Shown piece after piece: positions 1 to 14,600 of a stretch of DNA of 64,000 nucleotides. The stretch covers positions 2,873,809 through 2,937,808 of the forward strand of contig JBLDXI010000033.1 of the NCBI GenBank assembly GCA_047495785.1, in the 5' to 3' direction. The first letter of the stretch is position 1. Each line of letters opens with the position of its first letter. This DNA is from Lepidodermella squamata (taxonomy: Eukaryota; Animalia; Gastrotricha). Made by a program: the position numbers and the translations under genes. The notes below the pieces were generated by a model. That model made no database searches, had not been told where the DNA came from, and saw only the letters and a list, made by a program, of their open reading frames with translations.

Positions 1-262
1 CTGGAATTTGGTGATCAGACAGGATCGGTAAAGGGATCGGAGGCTGTCTACCAATATACATGTAATTTAATCCACACACAGTAGGATCACATTCAGCTAG
101 GAAATTAGGGCCAAACGGGTCTAATAAACGTTCAAAATTATTAGCAGATAAAATTCCGTGAAGGTTGATTGAATAAATTCATGTTATTTGCAAGTTTTTA
201 CATGTCACGTGATGCTAATAAAGTCACCCCAGTTGACGGTACTTGATTATTCGTTTTTCCAG

Positions 263-932
263 GCCTCTACTTTTGGGCCAGGGGACACTTCACGAAACAT
301 CTGAAAATTCGATTCGCGGTTCTATGCGGATTTCTTGGAAGTCACGCAATTTTAGGCGTTGCATTTGCTCGGCACGACAAGTTTCGAAATGTTGATGAAA
401 GGCTGGAGGCTAGGACATCTCCATACCGCTTAGCCGCTCACTTGACTCCATCACTGTTCTTCTACGTCATCTCGCTATGGAACGGACTCAGTCTAATTCT
501 TCCGCAGGTTTATATTCCTGAATCGACTCGCTACGTTATTATCAGGAGAATGTTGGTTTCAATTGTCTTTCTATGTAAAATAGCATTCTTATTCTGAATA
601 TCTCAAGGTTTGCTCATCCATTAATGCTATTGATTTTCTCCACGACTATCACTGGCATCGTCGCTAGCAGCATTCAAGCAGGCTTGGTATATAACTCGTG
701 GCCACTCTTTGCTGATCGATGGGTTCCGAGTGATTTATGGGATGAGTCACTCGTGCCATCATATCGTAACTTTTTTGAGAATCAAACCATGGTTCAATTC
801 GTCCATCGATTGGCTGGCGAATTATGCTTCATTGCTGTAGCAGGTTTTTATTTGGCAGCTAGAAGAATTCCGCATCTTCCTCCCAGAGCGAAGCTTGCCT
901 TGAATTCACTGCTCGCGATGGTTTCCATCCAG
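263..932 (+). CDS. COX15: Heme A synthase COX15-like, partial and divergent (exons 263-551, 608-932; upstream exons not identified, last exon not found)
   Basis: Spliced translation gives YFWARG...SPYRLAAHL...RRMFAH...AGLVYNSWP...NFFENQTMVQFVHR, which are COX15 motifs; 56-nt GT-AG intron at 552-607. Confidence 0.8.
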
Positions 933-3900
933 GTACATCAAACTTATGTTATGAAACCTTATGAAACCAATTGGGTTGCCCTCGCTTGCGTATCAAAATC
1001 GCTCAAATGTGGTATCACTTGCGTATTTTTCAAGTAAAATGACACCAAGCATCATTTTCGTAGCCCATAATTAAAAACTTTATATCATTCATTTCATTTG
1101 GAACAATGGGCGCTATTGTTATGTACAAGAGAGCCTAATATGAACGGTTCAGGTGTCAAAATTGTTTTCAAAGTTAACTATAAATATATCACTCCTTCAT
1201 ACGATTGCTTTTTAACACGCATTTTCTCGAAAACCGTAAGCTTCTCGCGATCGTCTCAGAGCAATATGAACTCTCTGGCATAATCATCTGATGAATTCCC
1301 GTCAACTGCTCTTGGATCTAATACAGTTGGCTACGAATGCTCAAGGTTCAACAAGGCAAGGAAGCTGCTCTGCTTCCAGGGGTCCGTTTTCATCTGCGAA
1401 CACTGTGAAAATGAAAGAATCCCTACTACCTAATAGTATACACCTAACTGAAATATGAACATATTATTATACCGTTCTTATATATGACGAATGCGCCATC
1501 ATGCTATGAGTCATATTATTCTTGGACTTGAATTGCAATATGTGAACGAATAACAGAAATGAAAAAACACCCAAATTTCTCTCTTGGAAAGTGTTCGTTC
1601 CGGGCGTGAGCGCGGCTCTGGCGGTCCGTAGAGGCTCTCGTTGTCAGCCGGTTGGCTAGCACGAGCCTTATGTTGTCGGGCTTCCTTAGCTATGCGCTCA
1701 GTTGTCCCCGGGGCTCTCACTTTCTCACTGAGAAAAGGCATACTGTTTCCTGTTTCACGTCCTTGATGTTACTTAATTTACGTTTTATAATCAGGATTAT
1801 TTCATAATGATGAACTTTAAAAAACAAACTATTACTATATTGACTGCTGCTATATACCTACAAAGAAATCGAAACATCTTTACTAACCTAAATACAATTA
1901 GCGGTTATAAAATACTACGATTTTAAATAATCGCGGGGTTGAACCCAAATAAAACATGATATAAAAAATAAAAATAAAAAATTTGAGCGATTTTGATACG
2001 CAAGTGATAAAATGCGCAACCTGCAATGTTTTCCTTCAATTTGATGTAATGCTGAGATTTTTTTACATTCGCATAGGCTGGATTAGGAGTGGCAGCTTTA
2101 TTGACATACGTGCCTATCCACGTTGCTGCAACTCATCAGACCGGATCTGTTGCTGTGCTGTCTTGTGCGGTGTGGTTTGCCAATGAAATCCGAAAATGGA
2201 AGATACCAATCAAATGATGATGAAGCATATCTTTATTGTTGTAACTGAGATGAGCCTCTTTATTGTGTTCTTGTATTTACATTGCGTTTCTGTGAAATGT
2301 CCAGTGATTTCTTTTCGGGTACATTATGCGGATCTTCATTCTAGAATGTTCAGATATTTGTGAATAATGTTAATAAAAAAGCGTGAACAAATAACTTCGT
2401 AAAGCGGTTTATTGTTTGACACATCATAAATTTGGAAAAAAGAGCTGCGGTCTTTGCATTGCCTTGGAGAGCTTTGAGAGAACAAAGAATGCTTATTTTA
2501 TATAATGTATAAGGTATAAAAATCAAACGCCATCTGAAATTCCATACATCAAGAAAACGAATCGAATAATATCATTTTTTGTCTGCGTCATTAAGGAAAA
2601 TATAGCAGATGATGTAGAATGTACCATTCTTTCTTCTTCTTCTTTTGTTATGATTAAGAATAAATTGGTTGGTAAACGGTGCGCTGTTTGTTATCGTTTT
2701 GCAATCGTTAAGAATGGCGCACGGCCAGGCTGTTAAAATAAACGAGCGTGTACTATATAAATCTTTATAGACAAAGAATCGATCACGCATTGTTGTGAGC
2801 AGGTAAAAAGTCTTCGTCTCATTCATTATTGCAATCGCAAGATCGCAATTTGTAGATGCAAAATAATGAATGAAGGTGTCAGAGCGCAATATTTTTACTT
2901 CATATTCGCATTGCCGTCCCTTCGATCACGCATTTTCATCAAAGTCCTTGTTCCCAGGAAAGCTTTCCCATGAAATATTTAATGCAACAAAGGCGCGCTT
3001 TGTTGTTTAATTTAACCTGCAGCTTTGTAAACAAACACAAGCATTTTTCACAATGATACGATTCTATATACTCCTCATTCTTTCTCCTTGCTTGCAAAAA
3101 TGGCGCGGCTAGAATACATATTCGGATCCACTTCGTAGATAATGCAAAATATAAAATATTATTTAAAAAATACCGAGATCAAATTGATCTTCCTGTTTTT
3201 GCGAACTGTTTTCCCAACCATCATGCGCGTCAAACGTCTGTGTAGTTGAAAAACGTAGGATAATCGTATTATACTAGTTATTAGCTATGGAACTCCTGTC
3301 AGCACCCCGGTCGACGACTCACCAGTTGCTGAACCGCCTTTTACATCAGTATTCACGATAATTCCTATGTGAAGTAATTATCGCCATCAAATAATCTTTG
3401 GCAAAGATGAGACAATATTATAGAACAGCGGTGGAGCTTTATCCAGCGCGAGTAAATTACTTGTACATGTATTTGGACAGGGAAGGAATATATGGATCCA
3501 GAGGATGCAAGGCGCGCAGTGCGCATCATCCTATAATTCCATTTTATAACCGCAGCGCGTGCGTCTGTTGTTTGCGCCTGTTTGCTATAAGTGCGACACT
3601 CGACCAAATCCTTGGCCCTCTTGTGGCAGGCGCGTGCTGGCGTTTGCGAGTGGCAGAGTTAACAACAGTGGTGGTGGTGGCAAATTATTGACAACACGGC
3701 TGCAAGGCTCATATTATTTTCTTAACATAAAATGAAGATATTATACCTAGGGAGTAGCACACGGCTGAACAAATAAATGACTATAAATATATTTCATTTG
3801 TTGTTCTTTCTACTTTCTCACTTTCCAGCTTCTGAATAATAGCCCGTTGTTGCATTCTTTAAGGCAGATTTTTCCTTGACCGCTTATAAATTATTTTTTA

Positions 3901-6900
3901 ACACTAACCCATAACAGCAACGCAGAAAATTGATTTCATGTCCCCTGGCTAATATCTTCCTCTTCCGTCTCTTTTCTTCCCTCTCTATTCTTCCTATTCT
4001 AAGGTGGTTTAGGCCTGCTATATACAAATTGATATTGCAGTTATCCGCGGAAACATAAATATTCAATTTGTTCTCAACGTGAAATGTATTATCGCATATC
4101 GATTGGATGTGATAAATCATAATTTGTTTAAATTTGTGCTCATGAAGTTGCTGTCCTGCGGCTGCTATCAGGGATATTCCAATTTATCAAGTGACACGAA
4201 TAAATGCGAGACAGTGCACCGTAGAACATCTGTCCGATCATCCTTTGCGATATGCTCGTCATCATCGCGCCATGCCATATCAAAACTTTGTCGAATTATT
4301 CCGCCTCGGCGCTGACAGCACTGGACCCCGACCAACTATATCATCGCCTAAAAATAAGTTCGCCATCCTTTGCTCTCATCCACAAACCTTTTGGAGGTGG
4401 ACAATATTCCTTCTTCGTTTTCTGAGGTATTCCTTCTTCTTTCTTCCATCAATTTCCATTACACTTTCCATGGGCATATGAGCATCGGCCCGTTTTACAT
4501 TCGTATACGACTTATTTACTGCAGAGATCTAACTGCAGATAAAGAAAAGTGAACCCGATCATTTTACATTTTCGTAAACATGGCAAGGATATATTTATCA
4601 TCGTCGCGTATTTTAAAATTATAAATTTGGTATCGCCGTGCTCATAGAGTATCATTCTAAGAATCCGGTTTAAATTCTCCTTTGAAAAGCACCATTTAGA
4701 ACGGCGCATCTTTTCTAATTTCTTGCTTAGCCTTGGAGGGAAAGCTTGCAACTCCAGCAATATGAGGTCAAAATCGGTATGATGCAAGTATTTAGGAAAT
4801 GTAGCGATGTGCGCATTAAGGCGCATACAGTTTCTGCGCGCCTCCCTAATTTGACAGCCATCTGCGCGCACTTATAGGCGTAAGGGCGCGCGTCCTCAAC
4901 ATCATTCTCGCACAACGCGTGCTACTACTGGCCTCATTGACGACGACTGCAGCTATCTGTCTACTGGTGCATCATTCGCGCATCCCGGATCAGGCGCAAC
5001 ATCGCCGCGCCTGGTGTTATAATTCTCCACTACTATGTATGTACGATTGCTCGCAGGAGGCCAATCGTGCCTCGGAGGCAAAGACAGACGCTATACCCGT
5101 AATGTACAAAGTATTATTGCTCCCTTAATACGGCCAAGGAATGTCATTATTATTACCATTGCGATCAAATCCTTTCGGCTAATATTATATGCATACATCG
5201 TTATTACTTGTCCATCAGCATCTCAGTTCCTCGCATGATATTACAATATCGGCGACGCTAGAATAATTCGTTAATCATTAACGTGGTCGCGTTCCGATAT
5301 GTATGCAATGGTGAAGAGTTTCAACCATGCTATATTATAGCAGCCCAGTCTTATAGCGCTAATTATTCTTTTTCAATTTTTACTCTCGAAGTAACAATGA
5401 CCCCGTATCAACTCAACAAATTCGATGGTCATTAAACGAGTTGATATTTCATGCTCTTGTGTAGAAAGCATATTATACACGTCCGGCATTTCTTCGATAT
5501 TGTCACTTTCACACAGCATTTGATTCTTTGTAATATTATTTTTATAACCACTGCAAAAATTGCTGACAAATATGTCAGTCGGGACTAAGTCGGGACGTTA
5601 GACATGATCACTCCCGAGAATTTGAAGTCACCTAGAATCAGCCATCGGCCTGCATTCCAATTAACACAAAACAACCGCGACAGGAAACTGAGACGTTTAC
5701 TCGATTCTGCAGCCAGAAGCACGATCGCATCATCATAACCACCATAATCACTGATTCAAACGATTATTCGGTTGTCGCCGGACGGAATGTGCCGACGCGT
5801 ATCATCGTCATCATCTCCCGAGTCTGTCGGGTGCTCGCTAATTTGGCGCACTTTTCGTGGGCGCAGCCGCGGCACAAACGCGTAATCCGCGCGCCTTCAA
5901 TAACGCTTTTATTTAATTGTCGAAGGTTGCAACAAGCAGAATGGCCAGGATTAGGGGCAATAATCGGCATTAAATGGCGGTCATTCCCTGGTAACTACAG
6001 CCAGACTGCCCGCCCTTATTATGTGCAATATTTGCCGCCCTGCCACGCAATATTTGCCGCTGCTGTTTTCATATTATATTATTGTATCTTTCTCTCCATC
6101 GGTCTGCTGTTTTAGCCGTGAAAACCGCCCATGAATTCGGAACTTGACTGCTGACATTTCGCTCTTCATTTTATTTCTTATTTGATCAGTTCTCACTGAA
6201 AGCAATTAAATTTAGGGCTCAGCCCCACCACCTATTAACACGCCATGTATACCGCCGCTGTCCGTTTTTACGACTCGGCGTTTCCACTTGCCCGATTGAA
6301 AGTGAAACTGTTGTTAAACTACAAAACGAGATGTATTTTGTGTTCGCACGTGGCAGAGCTCTTTGACTCGCCTCTCATCTCAATGCGATGAAACTGCGGT
6401 CACTTGATGAGGTGCCTTGCCGTGAATACAGAGCAACCGTGCCATCTCTGTTTTTATCTTGCTCCTCTCGCTTATTGACACATCCTCATCATCATCGCTG
6501 TCACTGCTTCTTTATTCTTTCTTCTTTCACGTCCGATCCCAAAGCGGATTCTTTCTTTCTAGAAATGGAATGGGTTTATTGACCGAAAATTCTTTCTTCT
6601 AATAATTCTGCGCCGATTTGACAGTTTGCTGTTTCATTACCCTTCAATAAAACGTAAACGTGCGTTGCTCGTTCTAAAATAAACAACAATGCGCGTGGGT
6701 GCCGAACATTCAATACCTAATAAATCAAAGTGGCCACTGTTCGGCTGTTTTTGATGCATTTTGTTCGGTTTTATGTTAGGACATACTTCAAATTCAACAA
6801 AAATAATTGTTAGTAAAAAATAAAAACTTTTACAGACTGTGAGATTTGAACCCTTGTTCACACGTTTCACACCCAGCCTCTCTCTCTCTCATCATTAAGC

Positions 6901-7536
6901 CACCTATATTAGCTTGACAATAGTGATCGATTTTTTGCTACTTGCTACCGTGACACAACAGGAGGTTTCCCAAATCCTCATCATCATCGCTGTCACCGCC
7001 GCCGCCGCCGCTGGCGTTGTATATCTCTTTATTGTAATTATTTTGTTCGCTTTGTTATTGTCTGCTGTTTTTCTCGTGCTAAGCCGCGGAAATCAATGAT
7101 AGTGATATATGCGCGCGCATTTGACAGCGATGTATTTTCTTGCGATTGCTAATAACTGCTGTTTTATGCATGAATAGAATCAGGGTTGATCGATCTGCTT
7201 CTACTGCGATTTTAAAAATTCGATTTTATAATTTTTGACATTGCTATAACTTTACTCTTGATTAGCAACAACAGAAATTCAGTTTTCTGTTTCTGTTTGG
7301 GATGTATACATGTAGTACAGGATGTGACGAGTGATTAAACTTACTGTGAGCTACTAAACATATTTAACAAACTTGGTTGATGGTAATATTTCTTACAATT
7401 TTGAATGTAATAGTTATTGAATTAATCGCTGTAAACTGTCGCGGTCCCTATGCCACTTCACCCGTTTGTCTGACGGAACGCGCACTGCCTCCGACGATTG
7501 CTGACATTTAGTTCGAGGCGCTGAAATTGTGAATCG

Positions 7537-9866
7537 ATGATGTTCCCACCTTCAAGTCTTCCTTGCTCAACTAGTTTCGTCGTACTTGCATCTATTTTCC
7601 TGCTGCTACCGGGCTACAATACGTGCTCGACCGATATTGGCACGAGCGTTGTTAGGCGAACTTCTTTTGCGACGCCGCCGAGAGCTCTCATCACCACGTT
7701 GACAATCATTTTCGGCGTTTGCGGCGCTGTCCTCCTTGTCGCGCTTGCAATCCTTTTCGTTCACTTTTTTGTCATCGATTTATCTGACTACATTCTATGC
7801 TGCTTTCACAAAAGGCGTCACAGTTAGTTTTGCAATTTTGAAAATTGTTCAATCTGTTTATTTGTTCCTCAATTACACAGGCGATCCTTCGACACTGTCA
7901 TGCTTCAGCCGTTTGTCTTTCAACCGGTGTCCGCTGCTGCCGTCATTTTTGCGATGCCATCACGAACCGATCATTTTATCGCGACAGTGTAACCGCAATG
8001 TGTATCGCCCACATTTATTGGCTGTTACTTCCTCTCCAAGTCTACCACCGTGCCTCAATTTCAGGTATACGCTTCGTTTATTTCTTCCTTTTCACATTCT
8101 TGTTAAGTCTTCCATGATTTGTCTTCAATTGCTATTTTCAAGTATTTTTGCTGTCGCTTTCGCTATTTTCAAGTTGAATTTTGTGCGAAAATTTGGTCAT
8201 CTGATTTTTCATATTTTACTGCTTATAGAGGTTGGATGGGCCAAGAACTTGATTTCATATTCTAGCGCGGAATTAGAGCCCCTGTCAAATATTTGTTCGA
8301 AATACTTATGGGTTTTCAAGTTGCACGTAGCCTTTGAGATATCATTATTTTTAATATCAAGTATTCCCTAAATTTCACGCGAATTTTTTAACCGGAAGAG
8401 CTAGTCTTACATGGCGTGTAAGCGCAAATTGCTATTCGTACATATTTTCGCAATAATTTTTCTGAGGTCTGAACTTTCTCAATTTTCATTCGAAGAGTCT
8501 TAATTTTTTGCGTGCACACAGCTGACCATCAAATCTATCTCTTCTCAAAAAATAATCACAACCCTTCGACCCTCTATGGGTGGCCAAGATGGGTGGGGCG
8601 TAAGAGAGAAAACCTTTTATTGGTATACTGTGTTATATACAATACGAATTGGGACCCTAGTGACAAATCATGAAAAACTATGTACGAATAGCAATAAAAC
8701 GAGCGAAAATTTCAACCGGCTGAAAATACGCCTCTGCGCGAAAATTGTTGGTGCGCGAAAAATAAGATTTATACAGTTTACAGGAAAAGCGTGACCCTTT
8801 TTAATTACTCCAAAGCTCTTGGGGAGTTTTTTACGCGGTTTATTTTCCCCATCGATAGGAGTAGTGAGAGATTATTATGAGATGAATTATGAGAACTAGA
8901 TCATCTGATCAGAAGAAAACTAAATGAAAAATAACGTTAAATTATATTTTAATATAGACGCCGGCCAGATCCATCCCTGTTTTTCGTTGATAGCGAGGCG
9001 CCATCTAACGCATCATCCAACCACACCAGTAGAAACGCACGACCGGCCACAATATTTTCCGTCTTACCGATGTCGTCGTCGTCGTCGTCATCGACTTGTC
9101 TAGTCACATCAACTCGTTTACAGTCACAAGCTGCTCGCTTCAGCCAAAACAATCGCCACCACTCGCTGCTCTCGTCATTCTACGCGAACTCACTCTTCAT
9201 GTCGGACGATCCTGTTGGTGGAGGAGTTGTAGCCGCTGATCGCGCCTTTACTTCTCAGCTTCCACAACCGCCCACTTACGATGACGCTGTCCGGCTGTCT
9301 TCAGTGACTGCGGGATCCGTACCAGCAGCTTTCATTCATCGAGGGGGGCGCGGCAGAGCGGGGCTTCCTCCGTACAGTTCTCCGTACACTTCCCCGCCTC
9401 CTCCAGCCTACGACGAGGTCGTCACATTTACGCCGGTCCATTCGGCCATACAGCCATCAGGAATCGAACTTGGGGATTTACCATTGCAGACTAGTCAAAC
9501 CTCTTCAGGAATGTCGACCGAAAACGCTGTTCCGATAATAACGTGCCACTCGTCAAGAGCATCGGCGGCCTCGTCACTTTCCGAGCATCTTGACATCTCG
9601 AGTATGACTCGTCTTGTCACCCAAAACGACCTTCCTCAAAATCGGTATGCTCAGAGTGCTCTACTATTCATTTGACGCTATTTATGTATTTTGTCGACAG
9701 AATAATCCAAGTCAAAACATCTTCTCAGCAGCCGAACAATTATCGATACATCTTGCCTCACGGCGACGATCAGATCGGCACGTCGAATTCATCATCATCA
9801 TTCCAAAACGAAGACTCTGCGCCGGCAGATAGTTACGATATGATCCAATATAGCTGGCATATTTGA
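7537..9866 (+). CDS. Single-pass membrane protein with cytoplasmic PY motifs (WBP1/Shisa/PMEPA1-like architecture); exons ~7537-7820, 7881-8064, 8958-9644, 9701-9866
   Basis: Hydrophobic N-terminus, TM helix (LTIIFGVCGAVLLVALAILFVHFFVI), juxtamembrane Cys residues, PPTY/LPPY/PPPAY motifs; GT-AG junctions keep frame across ORFs 7537, 7736, 9070 and 9672. Confidence 0.65.
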
Positions 9867-11695
9867 TTTGTTTTTTTTTCGTCATCAAAAATTGGTGTAC
9901 CATAAAATACCGAGAAATGTCCTATTGTATCTATTATAATCTGATCTGATTTATGATATTTTGAACTGATGATAATGCATTCATTTTATAAATGCTGTCG
10001 CTCAATTTCCGATTCACCTCAGTCGATATCTTGCAGCTCCTCATCTCTTCTGCCGATAGAAAACTCCGTTCTCTGCTCACGTAATATTTGCACAAGACCA
10101 AGGTTACCCAAGGCGCAATTGAAAGCTTTGCATAACACTGTGAATGATTGCTGGAATAATTATTTGAACACTGCGAAAAGCAGAAAATAAGCGGTAGTGT
10201 CTAAATGTCTCATGACTTGCATCGGCCATATTAAAAAACGAGTTGTAATGAGGTTGGTGTAATGTAATATCGCAACAATAACAAAGTCATTTTATTTGAT
10301 AACTCTAGTATACCTTTCGGAAGATGAGCTGTTGTTACTGTTTGTAAACTATCGCATACCTATGAACACATCGACACGTGCCTATTTCATATGTATATGA
10401 AGCGATTTGACAATAAAAATATTCCTTTTTCCACTCTAACGATATGGCGTAGTTCTTGATGGGAGCGTTGGCAGAGGACGTTCTTTTTTCTTTCTATTCT
10501 TCCTGTCTTTCTTTCGCGGCTGTCGCAGATTTTGGCTTCGTTATCAGCTAGGCGAAACATGAATATTGAATGAATATTTCCTTTCCCGGACGGTGGCATC
10601 GTATGCGAAAATGAGTAATGAATCAATTTTTCATCAGCGACGCAATCTGCACCACGTTACACGTCAAATTGTACCTATTATCCATGTAGATTAAGAATTG
10701 GAAAACACAAAAAACTCGAGAATTTGCATTTATCTTGTTTATTTTTATATCATTCGTGCTTCTCATCATAAGTAACGTCGCAGTAACAAAGACGCAAAGA
10801 CAGCAGCTGAGCTCTGCCAGTACAAGATGCCTCGAAGAAACGACGATGCTTATCATTTCGTCGGAAAGGCAAGCAGAGAAGCTCAGCAAAAACAAATACC
10901 TGAGTAGCTATCGCACTTTCATTACCATCAGGGGTTTGCAAGTAAAATCTGTCCATTTGGTACACTAAATACAACAGACAAATGATAGAATAATAACAAT
11001 GTTATAGAATAATAATAGAAAATCAGAAAACTTAACAAAATGCATGTGTATAGATAGCTACACAAGCAAAGAGCAATATAATAATGATGTAATTGATATT
11101 CCTCAACACTGTCAATAACAAGTTTCTTCCGCAAAAAACAATAAGTCTATTTACAGGTATACATGGCTGGTATAAAAAGTGAAAATGATGATAACCTTCA
11201 CAAACAAGCACTTAGTAAGGACAAGCTGTTCCGGTTCAGGAGGAGCAGACAGAAAAAAATTGTCATTTTTCTAAAATTGCCCAATTAGCATTTGCATTTG
11301 TCATTCTTTATGTTAGAAGCGGGTGATAATATTATTCGTGAATAGTGAAAATGATGTTTTGAATGCTCGCTATTTTGACACTAGCTTTGTTGTAGAAATC
11401 ATGAATCAGTATAGCAAGGAGGACAAATGAATAGACTGCATTTCATTCGGCCATTCGCATGGCCACAGAGACAAGCAACGATTGGAATGAGAGCAAGATA
11501 AAAACAGAAAAAACTAGAATGATCTTTCTACAATAATTTTCTAGCCAAAAATTGTCGTTTTATGGTTTGACACACACACGAGTGGCAGACTCTGAGCTAT
11601 GAAAACCTAGTAAATTCGTCGCAGGCGTTGTAATAGCTATAAGCAAATTCAGGAAGAGAAGTCAGCTTCACTTCACCATCTCCACGCAGAAATGT

Positions 11696-14600
11696 CTATG
11701 CTTTCGACGAGCCGCCACCCGTCGCGTGGTGCTGTTCCGTCTTCACCTCGATTCGCTCGACAACCACGTTGGGATTGGCACCGATTGCACGGCTAATAGC
11801 CGCTTCCAGCTCGTCTTCGTCGCCTGCTCCGAAGGTTGTGCCAGCAGGCACCGCGCCCCGCACATCTTGATTGCCACCGCGCTCGGTCGTGTAGCTGCTG
11901 TCAACAATGAGCTGCTGATGGCGAGTGACCTGTGTCGTGGTTGTCACGGTGCGCTCGACGTTCGAATCGCCAACCTTCTGCCGTGTTGTTGCCACCGTAG
12001 TGTGCGCTTCAGTCTGAGGCGGGCTTGCCGACTGAATAACAAGCCGCGTTGTACCAGCAGCCGGTGCTCCGGGGACCACCATACCCGACCCGCGAGATCC
12101 ATAAGCTTCATTTTCGACAACGAATTGGTCGCCACCGCTAACCCGTTGCTACACAGAGAGATATAGAAAAATACAGATAAGCCAAAGAAAAGATACCAAC
12201 AGAGAGAAATTTGAGGTTTTAATGTGATAGAAACCGTTCAACAACCTGACAGCCCGTAGGCTCAACTCATATTGCCTGAATCAAACACGTAAAAATAAGC
12301 AATTCAGTGACTAAAGGGCGCCGAAAAAAAAGCAACAGGGCATTTGCCAAGCAGATAAATTCGGACAAAATCGCCAACAGTGCCGCGGCAATATACGAAA
12401 AAACTTAAAGATGTCGGCCAAAACATGGGCTGGTTGACTGCTCTCCCGATCTCTGAACCGGCCGGTTAAAATACCAAGATCTTCCTTATCAATTAAGATA
12501 TTATATAATTGTTTTTGGTACTGGATAATGCCAGTTATCGATTTTGCGAATTTAATTTCGCTAACCTTAGTAAACTATTGCCACGAGTGAACGCGGAATC
12601 GAACGAAGTCAAACTAACTTTAGCCATGATACTAGACGTCGAGGAAGTCTGGCCTAAGAAAACCTAGTTTGTGCTACCTGCTTATCCTAATCTGGCTATA
12701 TCATACGTATATCATTCAAGCACTTCGGCAGTGTAATTTCTAATGGCGGCAACCATATACAAGAAATCGTCAGTTATTTTTGAGACATACCTTTACAATG
12801 GTAAGACTTTTTAAAACCCGGGTTGTCCAAATATTAGTTACATTACCCAAATTGTAGTTACAATTAGGTTTCTTAACTTATCAAAAAATCCCACTCTTAT
12901 CTCTTATCTCTTGCATATTTGCCAACTTACTTGCTATATATTGAAGCGGCCCGAAAATAAGATGTTTCTGGGAGAAATATTGCTTGTGAGGCAATACAAA
13001 CGGCACGGGGCCGAAAACAAAGCAATAAAAACGGCACAAACTAGGTCAACGCAATAAAATGCGGCAACCCGGCAGAAGCGCACTCTATGAAACGAGAATT
13101 TGTTCAGAAAATTTCGACTCAAATCACAGATATTTTTGATTAAGAGAATATGGGAGATCGATTAATAAGTTCAAACACGCTAATTTTTTAAGCAGCAGCT
13201 GGCAGTATGACATTAAAAGCGCGTCAAACCTGTGCTTGGTATGCCGGGTACTGCGACTGAGCTGGCGCCTGCTGGCCATATGGGGTATTCGAAGGCGTCC
13301 TCCTCGAATCCATCACAGCAGCCAGGGCAGTGGGTTGGTAGTAGTCCGGTCGACGAGAGGTCTGCGGCGGGACGTACTGTTGTTGCTGTTGCTGGGGTTG
13401 ATACTGGGCTTGTGGTTGCTGCTGCTGGTACTGCGATTGAGCATACATGTGCTGCTCGTGAGGCATTTGCATCGAAATTTGAGCAGACGATGGCGGTATA
13501 TACTGCAAGCCAAAACAGCATTTATCATTAATAGAAGCGCAAGCAGAAACTTTATGCGAGCTTTTATAATTACACACGCACAAAACACTCATCAATCAGT
13601 TTAAGAAAGGGCCTTCTGGGGGAACATGCGTCAGTGCCACGACAAATCACGGTTATACGAAGTCTCAAATCTGAACCTTCTGCACTCTAATTTCTCGAGC
13701 CTGATTCAACTTCGGCGCAGTCAAAAATCGCTAAAAACGTGTAACCACAAAGTAAAATCGGAAGGTCGACTCGATGTAACACGTACGTCTCGTTCAGCAG
13801 CAACATCATGACATGATTTGTGAAAAAAGCGACGAGGACTCGAATTAGTTGCGATGTTGTCGCAACTTGCCCGGTAGTCTGGATAAGTCAGGTAAGGATT
13901 CAACTGAGTTGAAAATTCACTGATCGAGGCGTCGTTCAACAGAACCAGCGGGGCACTAGGCTGTTTCGGGCCCATGCCGGGGCAAGGCATGAACAACACC
14001 GGGTAACTGGTATTCTGGTCGGTATATGAAGGACACAGCCGATGTTGTTGGAACTGACGCATCTGAAGGCGAGCGAGGCAGCACTCGTGATCTCGAGCGC
14101 CATGCCAGCAATGAAGCTTCAAGGAGCATATTAACCACACACACACAATTCAAGCACAGCTAAAAGGTTCAACTACTAAAAGCTAAGCACTACATTTGAG
14201 AGAAAAACGTGACACAAGGAAGGAAAACAAGGAAGCTACAGCTACAAGATTCATAATTCAGGCCCAAACCACATTGAAGATTTAGCTGCAGGACTCACCT
14301 CTTGTTGTTGGCCGCGAATTGGTCCGCGTTGTAGTTGATCACCAGGACCGGGCATCGTCGCATATCCCGCACCGCGATGTTCAGTTCCCATCATTTGGTC
14401 GTCATAGTCGATTGGTTGCTGGTGGTGGTAGCCGCCGGCGCCACCGCGGGGTCCCGTGCCATACGCGCTACCGTTCGTGTGACTACCGTATCCGGCCGAC
14501 TGAGGTGTGCGATTGTGACCACCGCCCTCTCGTCGATCAAATTCAGGTGGCGGGCGTTCGATGCGGTGGCCGGCTTCCAGAGCCTGGTGAATGGTTCTAC

